A stretch of 63,748 nucleotides of DNA, filler included, from Octopus bimaculoides (Eukaryota), in the NCBI RefSeq assembly GCF_001194135.2. It is 6 parts of 6 records of this genome, joined end to end, with 100 filler letters (N's around TTAATTAATTAA, not from the genome) between each part and the next. Parts side by side here need not be neighbours in the genome. Positions count along the whole stretch, not along the records: positions 1 to 24,368 come from NC_068995.1; 5 more parts are not named here. One strand, written 5' to 3'. Below are positions 1 through 15,989 of the stretch, piece after piece; the first letter of the stretch is position 1, and each line of letters opens with the position of its first letter. A program made the translations under genes and the position numbers. Below the pieces are notes generated by a model. It was given only the letters and a program-made list of their open reading frames with translations, was not told the DNA's origin and made no database searches.

Positions 1-159
1 ATATATATATATATATATATATAAAGCAACGAGTGTGCATGTGTGAAATATTGACACCTAATTGATAATGTTTTAGCGACATGTCGTAATTCGATACATA
101 GACGAGCCGATGCCTTTCCTCTCTAAGCAAAAAAAAATTCATTTCGCTACGAACCAAGA

Positions 160-2591
160 ATGAATATTGGTGGAGCAGTTCTGCTGTTATAGCAGTTCAT
201 GTTTGATAGATCCACATAGTTTGTCAATGAGTGACTACACAGACATCCAACATAACTAGTGATAGCATGATACAATTTACCAGACGCTACTTGGTTCTGA
301 TAGATTGATTGTACATAAAATGATGATCATTGGGTGAACTCGATTGTTTGATACACACTTTCTGTATAGCGCAAGATAACATTAATATGTGCGAGATTTG
401 AAGGCGGATGGATGTACAAAACTGAATATTTTAAGCCATTTTGTGTAAACACAATAACTTACAGTCATTTCAACTGATCTCGGGATTATTAGCACTGGCT
501 TCACACAAAATGGAAACTTAATTCCTAGATTGTGCCGGGCTCAAATATGTTCAATTTTCACTAATAATAACAGATTTATTTTCATCCTGCTGAGATTTAT
601 CCAATAGATTTTAAGAGTATCATATTGTACTACACGGCCTGTCATGTTTGTTTCCTCTTTATGACCTTATAAGTACTTATCTTTAAGTTATGTACCAGTA
701 AAATATTGGGGAAATTAACGAATCATGACTGATTAAGTGTTCAACTAATAATTGCATCGGCCTTAAATTACCTGGCATGGTGCAATCTTTTTCAGTGAAT
801 TGGTTAGCGTGTTAGTTTAGACACAGGTTTTGGCTAGTAGAAAGACATCACGCTGGATTTAGTTCATGCGTTCGATCTCATTTGCTGTAAAACCCTGAGG
901 GACTCGATATTTATCATCTTCAGTTGAGTGCGTCACTTTCTCCAAGTCGAAATAAAATATCCATTTATTTCTATGGAAATTTGAATCTATTTCAGATTTA
1001 ATCTATTTAAAGGATTCGAATTGATTTCATTGCAGAATAGAATCATCAATTATTTTGAAAATGGATAAAATCAGATCTATTTGTGGAATTGATTAAGTTA
1101 CAAGACTGGACAATAAACAGAGTTTGTTGCGTGTAAGTCGTACGAATGTGTCCCCCTTCGAATTGCGCCATGAATGTGTCCACGAAGAAACGTGTATAAG
1201 TATGACCACTAGAAAATTTTGATGAAATATAAAATGGAATTGATTCGGCTTTTATGTTAGATTTAATTTATGTCTTTATTTCCTGTATCAACCTTAGGCA
1301 TCTGATAGCTGTCAGCTTGGATATTCATTCCAATGTTTCTGGAAATTTAACTGAATCAGAGAAAATTCTTACTTAGATATTGTCACTAGTGTGTAGCAAA
1401 ATTAACAGTTTTAACTTAAATCTGGTGACATTATACATAAACTTTGCAGACTTGCTATTATTATTAAAAGTATATTTGGTTGCCAATTACTGTACTATGT
1501 TTTCACTCTTGTTACTTCTATCTACTTTTAATTCCACTTTCATTTTAGATTCCAGTTTCCAGTGCTGTTACCGTGCACACAACTATTAACACGTTTTATT
1601 ACTGTTGTGAGAAGTTTTGTGTATCAGAACGAGGCAGGGCTAAAACACTGTCAGTGAGATATTAATCGAATCACCGAATCATTAGCCTAAATATAACACA
1701 GTTCCACTGTAAGGGCCATACTCTACAAATAGGCACACAGTGTTTTATTATAATGGATTCTACGCGGTTCATTGAGTAGACTTCAGTCTTTTCACGCACA
1801 TATCCGCCTGCATACCTGTATCTCTCTCTACCCGTGTCTGCATATCTACTTACATGTATGCATATATGTCTGCTTGCGTATATGTACGTAAGGTGCTGAC
1901 CGGAGTAAAGTTAGATGAGGTTAACTCATCATGAACAAGACTCATCATTATCTGTATGCACCTATTGTAGTAGATTAATGCAGATATCAGAGTTGTTTCT
2001 AGTCCATGTCTATGTGTCTTTTTACCTGAGCTGCAGTAGTGCATCTAGAGTGATGCAGATAAGATTGGTCGTTTCGCAAGGATTATTGTCTATGTAGCTG
2101 AAATTAGTTGGAAAGAAACTGCGAAACGGAGATTTTCATATGTTTTTATATCTTGTGGCATTGGATGCTCTGTATATGACCTGCAGGAGTGATGTAGAAA
2201 TTATTGTTCTGTGGTATATGTATATTGCGCGTTTTGAAACTAGCACTGTTGTTAGAATTACTGTTGTTTCTTCTGCAACTACTAACACTGCTATTTTATT
2301 GGAATCAACTGAATTGTGAATGTCTGAAATTTATGGACGATACTAGTCCTCCCATGTCGCCATTGAAATGCCGTAATAAGCCAATATTCGATATTTAACT
2401 ATTTTTTAACGATACGGTAAAACTGTCTGAATACTTCGTGTTAAAACTGTCCTTTGAGAGTTAAAAACTTTCATCCACTACTTTCTTAATTTTACAGCTA
2501 TGTTTTGAATTTTCTACACAAAGCATATAAAACTTTACTAAACACACACACACTTCACATTTTACAGATTTCTAAATCTACACTTCTGCTG

Positions 2592-2661
<70 letters not shown>

Positions 2662-2812
2662 ATATGAAACTTATTGGTGCAGAGTTAACATTTCCAAATT
2701 CATAAATGCCCTTCAGAATTGTTTAAAAATACTCAGTACACCAATTCTGTCTCTATTTATTGTCGATTTATGTTTCTGCAATCCAACACTGTTAAACGCA
2801 TTATGGAATTAA
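160..2812 (+). pseudogene. Decayed intronless LRR-receptor-like gene (LRRs, LRRCT, Thr-rich stalk, hydrophobic segment)
   Basis: Frame-hopping LRR-like segments: ILCKHNNLQSF (438-470), WIKSDLFVELIKLQD (1062-1106), FADLLLLLKVYLVANY (ORF 1380), SRLMQISELFL (ORF 1915), LKLVGKKLRNGDFHMFLYLVALDALYM (2098-2178). LRRCT-like LTLLFYWNQLNCECL...KC (ORF 2204-2398). The (ACT)n poly-Thr frame stays open into KILSTPILSLFIVDLCFC. Many stops and frameshifts. Confidence 0.6.
2585..2661 (+). repeat. (ACT)n microsatellite
   Basis: Perfect trinucleotide run; reads as poly-Thr in the frame of the downstream hydrophobic segment. Confidence 0.95.
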
Positions 2813-4002
2813 TTTTACGATACTTAAGTATAGTTGTTAATGCATTCGACATTTAACAATGTACACAACCTTTGGCCAACATATTTAATTACGAATTTAA
2901 TTACTCTATATGTAATTTCTGTTACCTTTTCTATTAATTCTACTTTTAGAGAAAGGCTTTGAATAGGCGTAGTGGTTAGACCTCTGTACAGGCTATCGTG
3001 CGGTATTGGTTTCTATTCTCTGCTCTCGAATTTTACCTACTAAGGTCAACTTTGCCTACAAATGTTTGGAGTTTGATAAATTAGGTGCCAGTCTAATACT
3101 AGATATGATGACGATGACGACGACGACGACGATGATGATGATGAATATGATGATGATGATGATGAAGATGATGATGATAATTCCACTGGATTGCACTTGA
3201 AATATTGTATGAATTGTGTTAAGGGACTCGTTCGTGAATGACAAACACTCAAACACTGAAATATTAATTTCACAAGCAGAAAGAAATTCAGTTCATGGAA
3301 TACTTGAACGCTCGTCGTCGATACCGATGGAGAACCTAGCGTCAATTTCGCTTTGTTTTTCGGAAAATTTACACAACAGATCATAAGAATCCATATCACT
3401 ATTATAACCAGCAACCGATTGCGGTAAGACAACAAGGAAGACATTCATTTCATGTTGCTACGGTGTATTCAGCCGGCAAATATGAGTATTTCTGTGACGG
3501 GCCAGTTTTCTGCTCAGATGGGGAATATTTACGCCACAAAAACCCATAAGCAGCCCCTGTAAGTCTACAGGACACAGGAAGGGTTTTATTGTTTTTGTAT
3601 TTGAGTGGTACTGTATTTTATGGGCGTGAGAAAGGATAAAAGGCAATGTGGTGATCAGCAGGATTCAATCCTAGGAATTTAAGTTTCGAAAGGGAAATCC
3701 ACAGCACGTTTTATCCGTCAGTCACCCGATCGAGACACTGGAAATGTTAACCGTCTTACATAATAATTAATAAAACAGGCAGAGGGAATATATCTTATGA
3801 GATGGAGACGTACAGTTTATTAAATCATTAAATCATCTTCAAGATTTCACTGATATTAAATCAACGACGGAAATATGACAGGAGAAATCAATATGGCTGC
3901 AATTGGAAACCAGAGTGTGAAAGAAACATGAAATATTCCAAATGTGGTTATTCGTCATTCTAACGAAACCGCTGCTACACCATACCTTCATTTATCTTCT
4001 AC

Positions 4003-4190
4003 TTGTTTCAGTCTGTGGCCTTGCTAGGGCAGAGCCTTAGAGGGCTTAGTCGAATAGATTGACCCCAGTACTTCTTTTCAAGGCTGGTACTTATTCTGTC
4101 GGTCTTTTTACCAAGCCGCAATGTTATGGGGGTGTAAACAAACCAGCAGCGGTGCCGATGCGTGGTTGGTGAACTAATACAAAGACGCAT
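4003..4190 (-). mobile_element. tRNA-derived SINE, 3' part
   Basis: Resembles copies at 31301, 49775 and, in reverse, 13385 and 18845 (tgtttcagtc...gaccccagtact...tacttattctgtcggtc...gtaaacaaaccagca). Confidence 0.75.
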
Positions 4191-4203
4191 ACCTACACAG
4201 AGG

Positions 4204-4272
<69 letters not shown>

Positions 4273-4307
4273 GAGAGAGAGAGAGACAGAGACAGAGAGA
4301 GATGATT

Positions 4308-4700
4308 GCAGGATAGAGGTCTCCCAAATGTCCTTTTCTATGCTGAACCGCATCAGGGCAGGTGGAGCCGTGAGAGCCGGAAGTTGCTATACAGAGATAT
4401 GCTGAAGAAATATATGAAGTAGTCTAGCATCTTCCCACACACCTGGTAAGAGAAGGTCTTGCGCTGCGATGAATGTCACCGATCGCTAACGTCCTTGATT
4501 CCAGTCATTGAAGAGAAACAACAAAGATAATACGAAAGAGCACATGAGAGGCGTCACTTCTTTGTTGCATCAAAAACCTTCGCATGCATTAGATGTCATC
4601 GCTGTTGCCGATCAAGAGGAAGCCTTGTATCCCACATGTGCGAACGTGCCAGAGATGATTACTAAACAAGAACAGTCGAGGACCTTCGATGGACACCGAT
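4308..4700 (+). mobile_element. RTE-clade LINE 3' end (degenerate)
   Basis: QDRGLPNVLFYAEPHQGRWSRESRKLLYRDMLKKYMK* matches the RTE post-RT motif (RLPK.LYGEL..G.R..G..K.RYKD.LK). A decayed zinc finger FACIRCHRCCRSRGSLVSH follows. Confidence 0.7.
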
Positions 4701-5753
4701 ATGTGTGTGTGATTCTTTCAATTTCCGCCTACCAAAACAACTCACGGAATTCTTTCAATTCCGCCTACGAAATCCACTCACAAGTCTTGGGTTGAGCCGC
4801 TCTATAAGGAAAGACTCTTTTTACCCCAAAACCGCTCAGAGGGACTGAACACATGACCATACCATCAGAAAGCAAGCTTCTTACCGCACAGCCACGCCTC
4901 CCACACTGATCCATATTTGTTTTTGTGTGTATAAGTGCAAGTAAGAGTTTAGCGGTTCGATAAATAACTGCCAGTAATTTACTGGAACTCAGATGCTGGG
5001 ATCGGTTTAAGCCTAAGGAAGTATGAAATGCAAAGTCAAACGTAGAGGCGGGATTCGAATAGTAAACTTATAAATAGTTTAAGAAATATTACAACATCCG
5101 CCATTTTCTTCAATGTGCCAGTTCACTGAATGATTCGCTGTGTTAAATAACAATTAATAACGCTACTAATCGTTTCTGAGTGTAAGACAGTGAATTCGTT
5201 TCGTTGCTCATCTCATCAAATTATGTATCTTCTAAAGTTTGTATGATCAACCTTAACATTTCTCTGGAACACCAAATTGATAATGATTATACGACGGTTA
5301 TCGTTGCCACCATCTTGTTTCTTGTACGCAACAATCATTAATGAGTGAATACGCTAATGAGCTATTCTGCTTAACTATGAAAAGTAAATTGTAAAATCAG
5401 CTAAATATATAAAAAAGATATATATATAAACAAAACATAACGTTGTTTAACAAATAAAACTATCATGGAAAAAGCAGTACATATAGAGTCAACATTGATA
5501 AAACGAACATTAAATTTACGATGTAAAAATATATGGAAAACATATTTTAAAAATGCGGAAAGATATTAACAAAAATACGAGAGAAAACATACTAAAACAG
5601 ATTAATAATAAAGCAAAATATAGTTTAAAAAAACAAGAATAGTAAATCAGTAAAAAAAAAACATGAAAATAAAAATTTGCTACAAACAGTAAAACAACAA
5701 TAAAAATTGTAAAATAAAAACGTACAGAAAGGTAAACAAAATAAGAGACAGTT

Positions 5754-5847
<94 letters not shown>

Positions 5848-6022
5848 CGTGTTGTTTTCATGTGTATGTATAAGTGTGGGTGTATGTGTGTGTGTGTGTG
5901 TGAGTGAATGCACATGTGTCAGGATGTTTGATTCTCTATGTAGATTATTGTGTATATGTCTATCAGTGTGAGCGTGTGTGTGTGTGTGTGCGTCTGTATA
6001 TGTGTGTGTGTGTGTGCGTCTG

Positions 6023-6057
<35 letters not shown>

Positions 6058-6170
6058 CTATGTATGTGCGTGTATGAGTGTTTGTGATTGTATATACCTG
6101 CATCAGCGTAAATCTGTGAGAGACAGAAAGACACAGACAGACAGACAGACAGACAGACAGAGATGGGTGA
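5754..6170. repeat. Compound (GT)n/(AT)n/(GACA)n microsatellite block
   Basis: Directly visible; source of several spurious ORFs. Confidence 0.95.
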
Positions 6171-6324
6171 GAGAGAAAGAGTAAGAGACTGAATGTGTTT
6201 TAGAAAACGGAATCACGGGAAGGTATTAACAACAACTATCGCCGTAATTGAAACAATAACATGTGTATTGTTATCGCTTTAATAACGAATACAGCAACAA
6301 CAGCATTATTCATAATACAACAAA

Positions 6325-6331
6325 GACAACA

Positions 6332-6396
<65 letters not shown>

Positions 6397-6410
6397 TAAT
6401 AATAATAATA

Positions 6411-6458
<48 letters not shown>

Positions 6459-6668
6459 GTGATAATAATAATAATAATAATAGTAATAATAATAATAATA
6501 GTAATAGTAATAATAATGATAATAATAATAATAATAATAGTAATAATAATAATAATAATAATAGTAATAATAATGATGATGATGATGATGATGATGATGA
6601 TAATAATAACAATAATAATAATAATAATAACGATGATGATAATAATGATAATGATGATAGTAATAATA
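6325..6668. repeat. (ACT)n-(AAT)n-(GAT)n compound microsatellite ending in a gap
   Basis: Directly visible. Confidence 0.95.
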
Positions 6669-7385
6669 NNNNNNNNNNNNNNNNNNNNNNNNNNNNNNNN
6701 NNNNNNNNNNNNNNNNNNNNNNNNNNNNNNNNNNNNNNNNNNNNNNNNNNNNNNNNNNNNNNNNNNNNNNNNNNNNNNNNNNNNNNNNNNNNNNNNNNNN
6801 NNNNNNNNNNNNNNNNNNNNNNNNNNNNNNNNNNNNNNNNNNNNNNNNNNNNNNNNNNNNNNNNNNNNNNNNNNNNNNNNNNNNNNNNNNNNNNNNNNNN
6901 NNNNNNNNNNNNNNNNNNNNNNNNNNNNNNNNNNNNNNNNNNNNNNNNNNNNNNNNNNNNNNNNNNNNNNNNNNNNNNNNNNNNNNNNNNNNNNNNNNNN
7001 NNNNNNNNNNNNNNNNNNNNNNNNNNNNNNNNNNNNNNNNNNNNNNNNNNNNNNNNNNNNNNNNNNNNNNNNNNNNNNNNNNNNNNNNNNNNNNNNNNNN
7101 NNNNNNNNNNNNNNNNNNNNNNNNNNNNNNNNNNNNNNNNNNNNNNNNNNNNNNNNNNNNNNNNNNNNNNNNNNNNNNNNNNNNNNNNNNNNNNNNNNNN
7201 NNNNNNNNNNNNNNNNNNNNNNNNNNNNNNNNNNNNNNNNNNNNNNNNNNNNNNNNNNNNNNNNNNNNNNNNNNNNNNNNNNNNNNNNNNNNNNNNNNNN
7301 NNNNNNNNNNNNNNNNNNNNNNNNNNNNNNNNNNNNNNNNNNNNNNNNNNNNNNNNNNNNNNNNNNNNNNNNNNNNATATATATA

Positions 7386-7421
<36 letters not shown>

Positions 7422-7862
7422 TATATGTATGTATGTATGTATGTATGTGTGTATGTATGTATGTATGTATGTATGTGTACGTGTGTGTGTAATTACTTGC
7501 GTGTGTATGTGTGCGTTTGTGTTTGGATTGTTTTATTTTTTTAATCAAATTTCTTTACAGTGCCGAGAACTAGGGTATCACGCACGACGAGAACGGGAAT
7601 CGATCCTTGGAATTTCGGCATCAACTGAGCAGACATTATGTACGTATGTATGTATATATATATATATGCCAGGTGTGTGTATACAAGTGCAGCATATTAG
7701 CTACGCATACATGTAGTTATGTACATGCGGATGTATGTATGAATTTATGTATATATCGGTACATGCATTTCTGTACGTATATAAGCAATTAAATCGTACC
7801 TACGCTTGCGTGTATGTATGTACATATATGTGCGTTTATCTGTGTATGAATGTGTATGGGTG

Positions 7863-7902
<40 letters not shown>

Positions 7903-8536
7903 TAGATAGAGAGAGAGATAGACATACATACATACATACATACATACACACATTCATATGTATGTATGTATGTATTATATTGCATGCGTATATATGTGTG
8001 TGTATTATTCCATCGCAGCAAGGAGTTTGTTTAACTTCGCATCTATAGTGACAAATCTGTTGTTTACCAAGTTACCACTATAGAATAGAACGGCGCCAAA
8101 ACGTGGTATCTTTTCTGATGTTGTACAACTGCCAAAGTTAACAGTGTAAGGAAAAGGAACGGAATATGTAAGCAGTAAAGTGAATGTAGTTAAACTTGTA
8201 AAATGTCATTTAAACTGGTGTTCTCGTCCTTGTAATATGATGTAACATAAGTTGTAATTGTCTACCTGTGTACATAACAGTTACAACGACATGTTTGAGG
8301 TGACATATATGCATACACACCCACCCAAACATACACGCACACACACATACGCACACACAACAAAGTCAAGATAGAAATACACACACACACACACATGCAT
8401 ACATGCATACACATAAACAATTTCACAGATCAGCTTGTCCAAGCAGTCTCTTCAAATATGATAGGCAGACAGATAGACTAACAGACATACAGATACACTG
8501 CCAGACATACAGACAGACATACAGACATACATACAG

Positions 8537-8574
<38 letters not shown>

Positions 8575-8575
8575 T

Positions 8576-8633
<58 letters not shown>

Positions 8634-11600
8634 GGGAGGGACTTTGGGAGGGATATATATATATATATATATAGAACGAGCATACATGAGGTTGTCTGCC
8701 GGCGGAAAAAGAAGGGCTTGAAACCTCTCGAGAGTCGCTTCCGCTCCTGAATAAATATCGATCCCAACAGTCCAAATTTGGATTCAAAACGTAAGACCAG
8801 ACGAAATACAACATTCAACTGGCTTTAATATTAAGGTCGAAGCACTTTTCAATTCGACTTCCGTTTGTACAGAAAATATTCTTGAAATCGGAGAGTTTAA
8901 TTACTTTCGCATGAAGATATAACAAAAAAAGATTTCCTCTTGTCTTGGAAACGCGAACGGAATCAAGATCTTGAATTGTTAAGTCACACACAGAGATAAC
9001 AATGAGATAATTCCATGACTATCTTTGCGTCAATCATTCATTTTAACTTTGGTTTTTGAAAGACTAATGAGAGGAAAACCCAAATATATTTCTCAAGTGA
9101 TGTCTCATTGCATTTACCTCTAGACTTCAACGAACAATACAAGATCGTTTTCCCACGTTTTATTTTTTCTCTTAATTATTCCCAGCACCAAGTACTATAT
9201 TAATTCGATCACTTCTCTTTTCGAGTGTCTGACAACGGATTAATCTAGAGCCAAACTCTATCCTACATGAACAAACACGACCGTTTCTTTAAAATTTAGT
9301 TTGTCAAAACCTGACGTTTACATATTAAAATACGTGTATGGACTATACATACACACAGACAAGCGCCTAAATGCACACGCGTGCACACATTTGTACACAC
9401 ATTACACACACACACACATACACACATTCGTACACACACACACGAGATATTTTCTCACAATTTCACGGTTATAATTTTGTATTCTTGCTATGCAATGTGG
9501 CGTCAGTAATACTGCGAGGTTTTCTTTTTGTGTTTGTATGTGAGTGAAAAATACAGAGAGAGAAAGAGTGAGAGAGAGACAGAAATATTAAGAGAGAGAG
9601 AGAGAGAGAGAAAAGGAGGGAGGTGAAAAGCTACACATAGGCCACTTATTTTCCTTTTCATTCACCCTGTCATTAATGTAATATCCTGATAATGTCTCAC
9701 TTGTATGAATTACATATCTCTGATACTCTGCTACATATAATAATGTATTTGAAAATATACTGAGCTCTTAGAAAATGGATTGGTTCAATCTTCGCATCTC
9801 ACATTCTCTACAGTTGTTAATGATTACATATTTCTTTGTGATGTGTTTCTTGGCAATTCCTGCTATCAATAATTCTGGCTGCTACAAATATATCAACGAC
9901 TGTTTAGTTCAAATGTTTCAGCCATGAATATGTACTAAAAACTATTATTATGCTTTATTACCTTTTATTTAGAATTGGTCACCTAATAATATTCACCTGT
10001 TATGTCTGGTCTTTCTGTTCTTCCGATCTTATAAGGAATCACATTCCAGCCGGCCGTGACCATCCGGCCAATTAATCATAGAGTCTTATAAAGACAACAT
10101 TATGTAATACATTCTTCATTGTCATTGTTTGGCTTAAAACTAGTTTGATCCAATGAAACATGATCAAAGGCCCTCCAAACGTGACGGTCCTATATATCTG
10201 AATGTAGCATATTTAGTGCTAAACTATGCTCACCTTCGTTAAAAGAACAGCCCAATAATCTTTAAAATCCCACAGCTATCTTCTTTAATGTACAAGGAGC
10301 CAATGGACAGTAAAGTAAAAGATGTGTTAAGAGACGGTGAGACCACGACTGCAGTGCTCTTAGTCAAATACAAGCTCTGTCAAAAGTAGCAACGCAACAA
10401 TCGCAATATTTGACCGCATTTTCACCTTCTTTATTATATCTACCAACCCTAAACCCATTTTCTATTTTTCTTCACTGTTCTCTCTCCCACCCAACATAGT
10501 TTTGCTCCATCCTTCTTATGTTCCTCTCCTTTTAATCTGACTGCAGTACTACCCTTACATTTTGTGAACCAAAGCTACCTTCTTTCAACCATAATCTATG
10601 TGAAGTCCTATTTAGGGTTTCTTTCATCCTTAGCCATATCGCCATATTTACCTCACCAACGGAAACATTTCCCTTTATCGCCAAAGATTACAATCCTTCG
10701 CAGTCCATATTCTACGCTAATGACCAATTTTTCGGCATCTCCAAAGGACATCATATACACCCTTAAATGACACTTTTCTAATTCATTGTTCATCGATGTC
10801 ATAAAACCTCGAATATCTTAACTTCTCTTTGATTGAATCTATCGAAACCTTCATGGAACAAAAGCATATCAATAACTCCCCATCCCTTATCAGTAAACAT
10901 AAACCTCATTTCCCAATGATGTAAATTATTCTTTTAATCAAATCTTAAAATCTTGAAATTATCCACACACAACCCAGACTTGCTAACTACAGGTGTTGCG
11001 TTTTGCAATGCCTTCTCCAAATAAACCGTAAATTTCAATAGATTAAAACATTTTTACTTACATCATACAGTACATCATTGAATTTTTTCTTTTACATAAA
11101 AATTCACTCGAATTATCCCCCGTTAACTTTACTCATACGACTTAATGCTAATTCCTACTTTTCTGCAATTTAAATGATTATTCTTAGCAAATGTTATGCG
11201 TTTCTTGAAATTTCTACAATGCTTCGCTATTGTTAACCTGATCGGTAATAATACTACCGCTGTCGTGTATACTAATGTTATCGCTACCATTAGCATCAGG
11301 TCCATCTGTTCCCCTATTTCCAGCATTACAAACTAACTTTCACAACTCACTATTTATAGCCTCCATTTCTAACTATGCCAACCAATGATCAGCTATCCTC
11401 AGTTCGGTGCATTTTATATCTCGGTATTATTGTTTCCGTATCGATCCATTGATTACCTTTATAACCACTCTGAAGTATCGTCGGGTAACATTTAAATTTA
11501 TTTACTTTCGTTATCTTCTTTGGATCGATATTGCCAATGTTACTCTGTCCACCTTTATACTACCGAATCTTGCGAAGCCAGATGGCGATCCATAACAATA

Positions 11601-11692
11601 ACTGTAGTTTCCTGGTCGTAAACGAATGTGACCTACTGAAGAATCGAACGTAATGTGACCTACTAAAGAATTCCTCTAATAATATATTTATT

Positions 11693-13123
<1,431 letters not shown>

Positions 13124-14610
13124 ACCGAAGACATAACCGAACCATCTAATGTGCGGAAACGAAGTTATAAGGTCTATAAATTAAATATTAGAATAAAATA
13201 ATGTTTCTAAAGTATAGAACAATGTTCACGGGTTCCGCTTGACCTTGTCCAAGCAATAAATATTCTGTAGTGGCAGAGTAACAAAACGACCCTGAGGATC
13301 ATATAATTCCGCATTCATAAAACAAAAACCATCACTATTTTTTATCTGATCTCACAGGGACATAATGATATAAATGTTTGACGACCACAGTTGGTTTGCT
13401 TACGTACTCGTAACTTAGCGAAGCGACCGATAGAATAAATACCAGGATTAAAAATGTTAGTCCTGGGGTCGATTCATTCGACTAAAAGTGTTCAAAGCGG
13501 TACCCCAGCGTGGCCGCAATCAAATGACCGTAATATGTAAAATCTAAAAAGACGCTGCCCTTTTGTCGCCATAAAAGTGAGAAGAAAAAAATCTCTACTT
13601 TATAATAACTATTTGATTATTGAGGAAGTTCTAGCTTTCATTTGCTTGTTTCTTGTTTTTCACAAGGGATTTTACCCTTTATAGACTTGATGCTTATTGC
13701 CTAAAGCTTATGTATTACGAAATCCCATTGATCATAGAGGAAGTAGCGACACGCAGCAGAGAAAATAAAGAATTGCATTAGAGAAAAAAAAATGATAAAA
13801 TACCAAGAATAAACGAATGAAGTTAGTGGAAAATATAATGTAAAGCAGAAAAAATAGAAAAAAAAACAATAAAAAGTATCAAATGTTCTAAAAAATACAA
13901 ATAATAATAATTACGTAAAAAAATAAGTATTTGCAAGAAAAATATAATTAGAAAACAATGGAATACGATATTAAGGAGAATACTGATTAGTTTTAAAATT
14001 AACTCAGACAACAAAATGGAATGTATGGAGTTTTAACATTCGACTCCCTTTTAATTAAATAGTTTGAACAACGCTATTTCAAGANNNNNNNNNNNNNNNN
14101 NNNNNNNNNNNNNNNNNNNNNNNNNNNNNNNNNNNNNNNNNNNNNNNNNNNNNNNNNNNNNNNNNNNNNNNNNNNNNNNNNNNNNNNNNNNNNNNNNNNN
14201 NNNNNNNNNNNNNNNNNNNNNNNNNNNNNNNNNNNNNNNNNNNNNNNNNNNNNNNNNNNNNNNNNNNNNNNNNNNNNNNNNNNNNNNNNNNNNNNNNNNN
14301 NNNNNNNNNNNNNNNNNNNNNNNNNNNNNNNNNNNNNNNNNNNNNNNNNNNNNNNNNNNNNNNNNNNNNNNNNNNNNNNNNNNNNNNNNNNNNNNNNNNN
14401 NNNNNNNNNNNNNNNNNNNNNNNNNNNNNNNNNNNNNNNNNNNNNNNNNNNNNNNNNNNNAAGCACGTAAACAAAGAAGCTGATAGGAAATTTTCAGATT
14501 AACAAATAATTTATAAATTATGTAGATTTATTTTTTCTTTATTAGAGTTTTATTTAATTTTTTATTAAGGTTTTCATTGCGCATAAAACATTAAGGATGG
14601 CTTATTGGTG

Positions 14611-14670
<60 letters not shown>

Positions 14671-14672
<2 letters not shown>

Positions 14673-14900
14673 GGCGGCAAGCTGACAGAATCATTAGAAC
14701 ATCGGACAAAATGTTAAGCGGCATTTCTCCCTGCATTTTACGTTCTGTGTTCAAACTTTTGTGAGGTAGACTTTGCCTTTCAACCAATCGAGATCGATAA
14801 AATAACCATCATTTCAGCACTGAAGTAGATATATTCGAGTCGACCCTGCCTCCAAAATTTGCTGACTTTGTGAGTATAGTAGAAAGAATTATTATGACCA
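14671..14900 (+). mobile_element. tRNA-derived SINE (aaggcggcgagctggcagaatc head family)
   Basis: Begins right after (ATT)n; homologous to 20855, 46495, 47430, 48836 and 50925. Confidence 0.8.
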
Positions 14901-15345
14901 TTTTAAAGTGGAAAATTTTTAAATGATCGGACAAAATGCCTAGCGTATTTGTGTTGACTCATTACCAGGAGCGTAGTTAAGGTGAGGCAAGCAGGGCACA
15001 CGCCTTGGCCGCCACTTTGATGGGGGAGCAATGTTGGCCAAGATCATTTTCTAATTAAGCTATTAAAAAAAAATTTGGGTTGTCGATGGGGAGCCATTTA
15101 CCCTAGCTACGCCCCAGCTCATTACGTTCGGAGTTCAAATATTGCGGAGATTAACATTGCCTTTCACTTCGCAGAGATCGACAAAATAAAGTATCCATCA
15201 AGAATCTGGGTCAATGTAATCGACTTGCCCCTTTCCCCAAAGTTGCTGGCCTTGTTCTAAAAATTAGAAACAGTTAGTTTTGTAGTTATATTATATGCAT
15301 TGATATTCGAATTTGTCATCATCAGCATTATTATTATCATTATTA

Positions 15346-15399
<54 letters not shown>

Positions 15400-15989
15400 G
15401 CTGCAACGGAGGTAGCTGTGGAAGCCCCGTCTCTGTGATCTGTTTTCCTTTCCAGGGTGTCCTGTTAACTGGCCAGGACTATTAGAAACAGTTCTTTCCT
15501 TTTGTTGCCTACTCTACGAAGTGAAACTCTGAGAGAAAGAATTTTTTGTTTTTTAATATCAGCATCCAATACGCAAAATTGGTTTCTCGTTTTCGCCCTC
15601 TCCGAGTTGGCTAGAGATTGAGAAATGTGGTGTAGAGAAATTTTGTTTGGGAAATTGCCGTTTGAAGTCACCTACTTCTCATACATCATAGTGGCAGCCG
15701 TGAATAAAACCAGTACGTGCGACAATCAGGTCAGCACATCAAGAGAATAGAAGAAAAAGTTATATTCACAATACTGCAGCAGCTCCCAAGCCAAACACAG
15801 AGAATAAAACACCAGTATACAGATTATATTGTTAAAGAGCCATAAACTGGAGCGTCAGGGATGGTTGACATCGTTAAATAGCCATTCACGCTCAACCGTC
15901 GTCTAGAGGTGTTCCTAAAAACTTACCACTCTTTGATGCTCGAAGGTAAGTGGGGCACCATCTTTTATGTACCTTTGAACTAAGCGATG

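Noticed and set aside
2026-2097. 72-nt minus-strand exon-like segment with a good acceptor and donor (YIDNNPCETTNLICITLDALLQL)
   Set aside because: No coherent partner exons; it overlaps the better-supported plus-strand LRR relic.
3268-3549. Protein-like frame with one stop (KEIQFMEYLNARRRYRW...YEYFCDGPVF)
   Set aside because: No recognisable family or splice signals. It could be a tail of the LRR relic, but I cannot support that.
7561-7639. Plus-strand candidate exon (CRELGYHARR...)
   Set aside because: Contains a tRNA/SINE-like ggaatcgatcc motif, lies between microsatellites and has no in-phase partner.
11129-11326. Minus ORF possibly from a PLE N-terminus
   Set aside because: No diagnostic motif.
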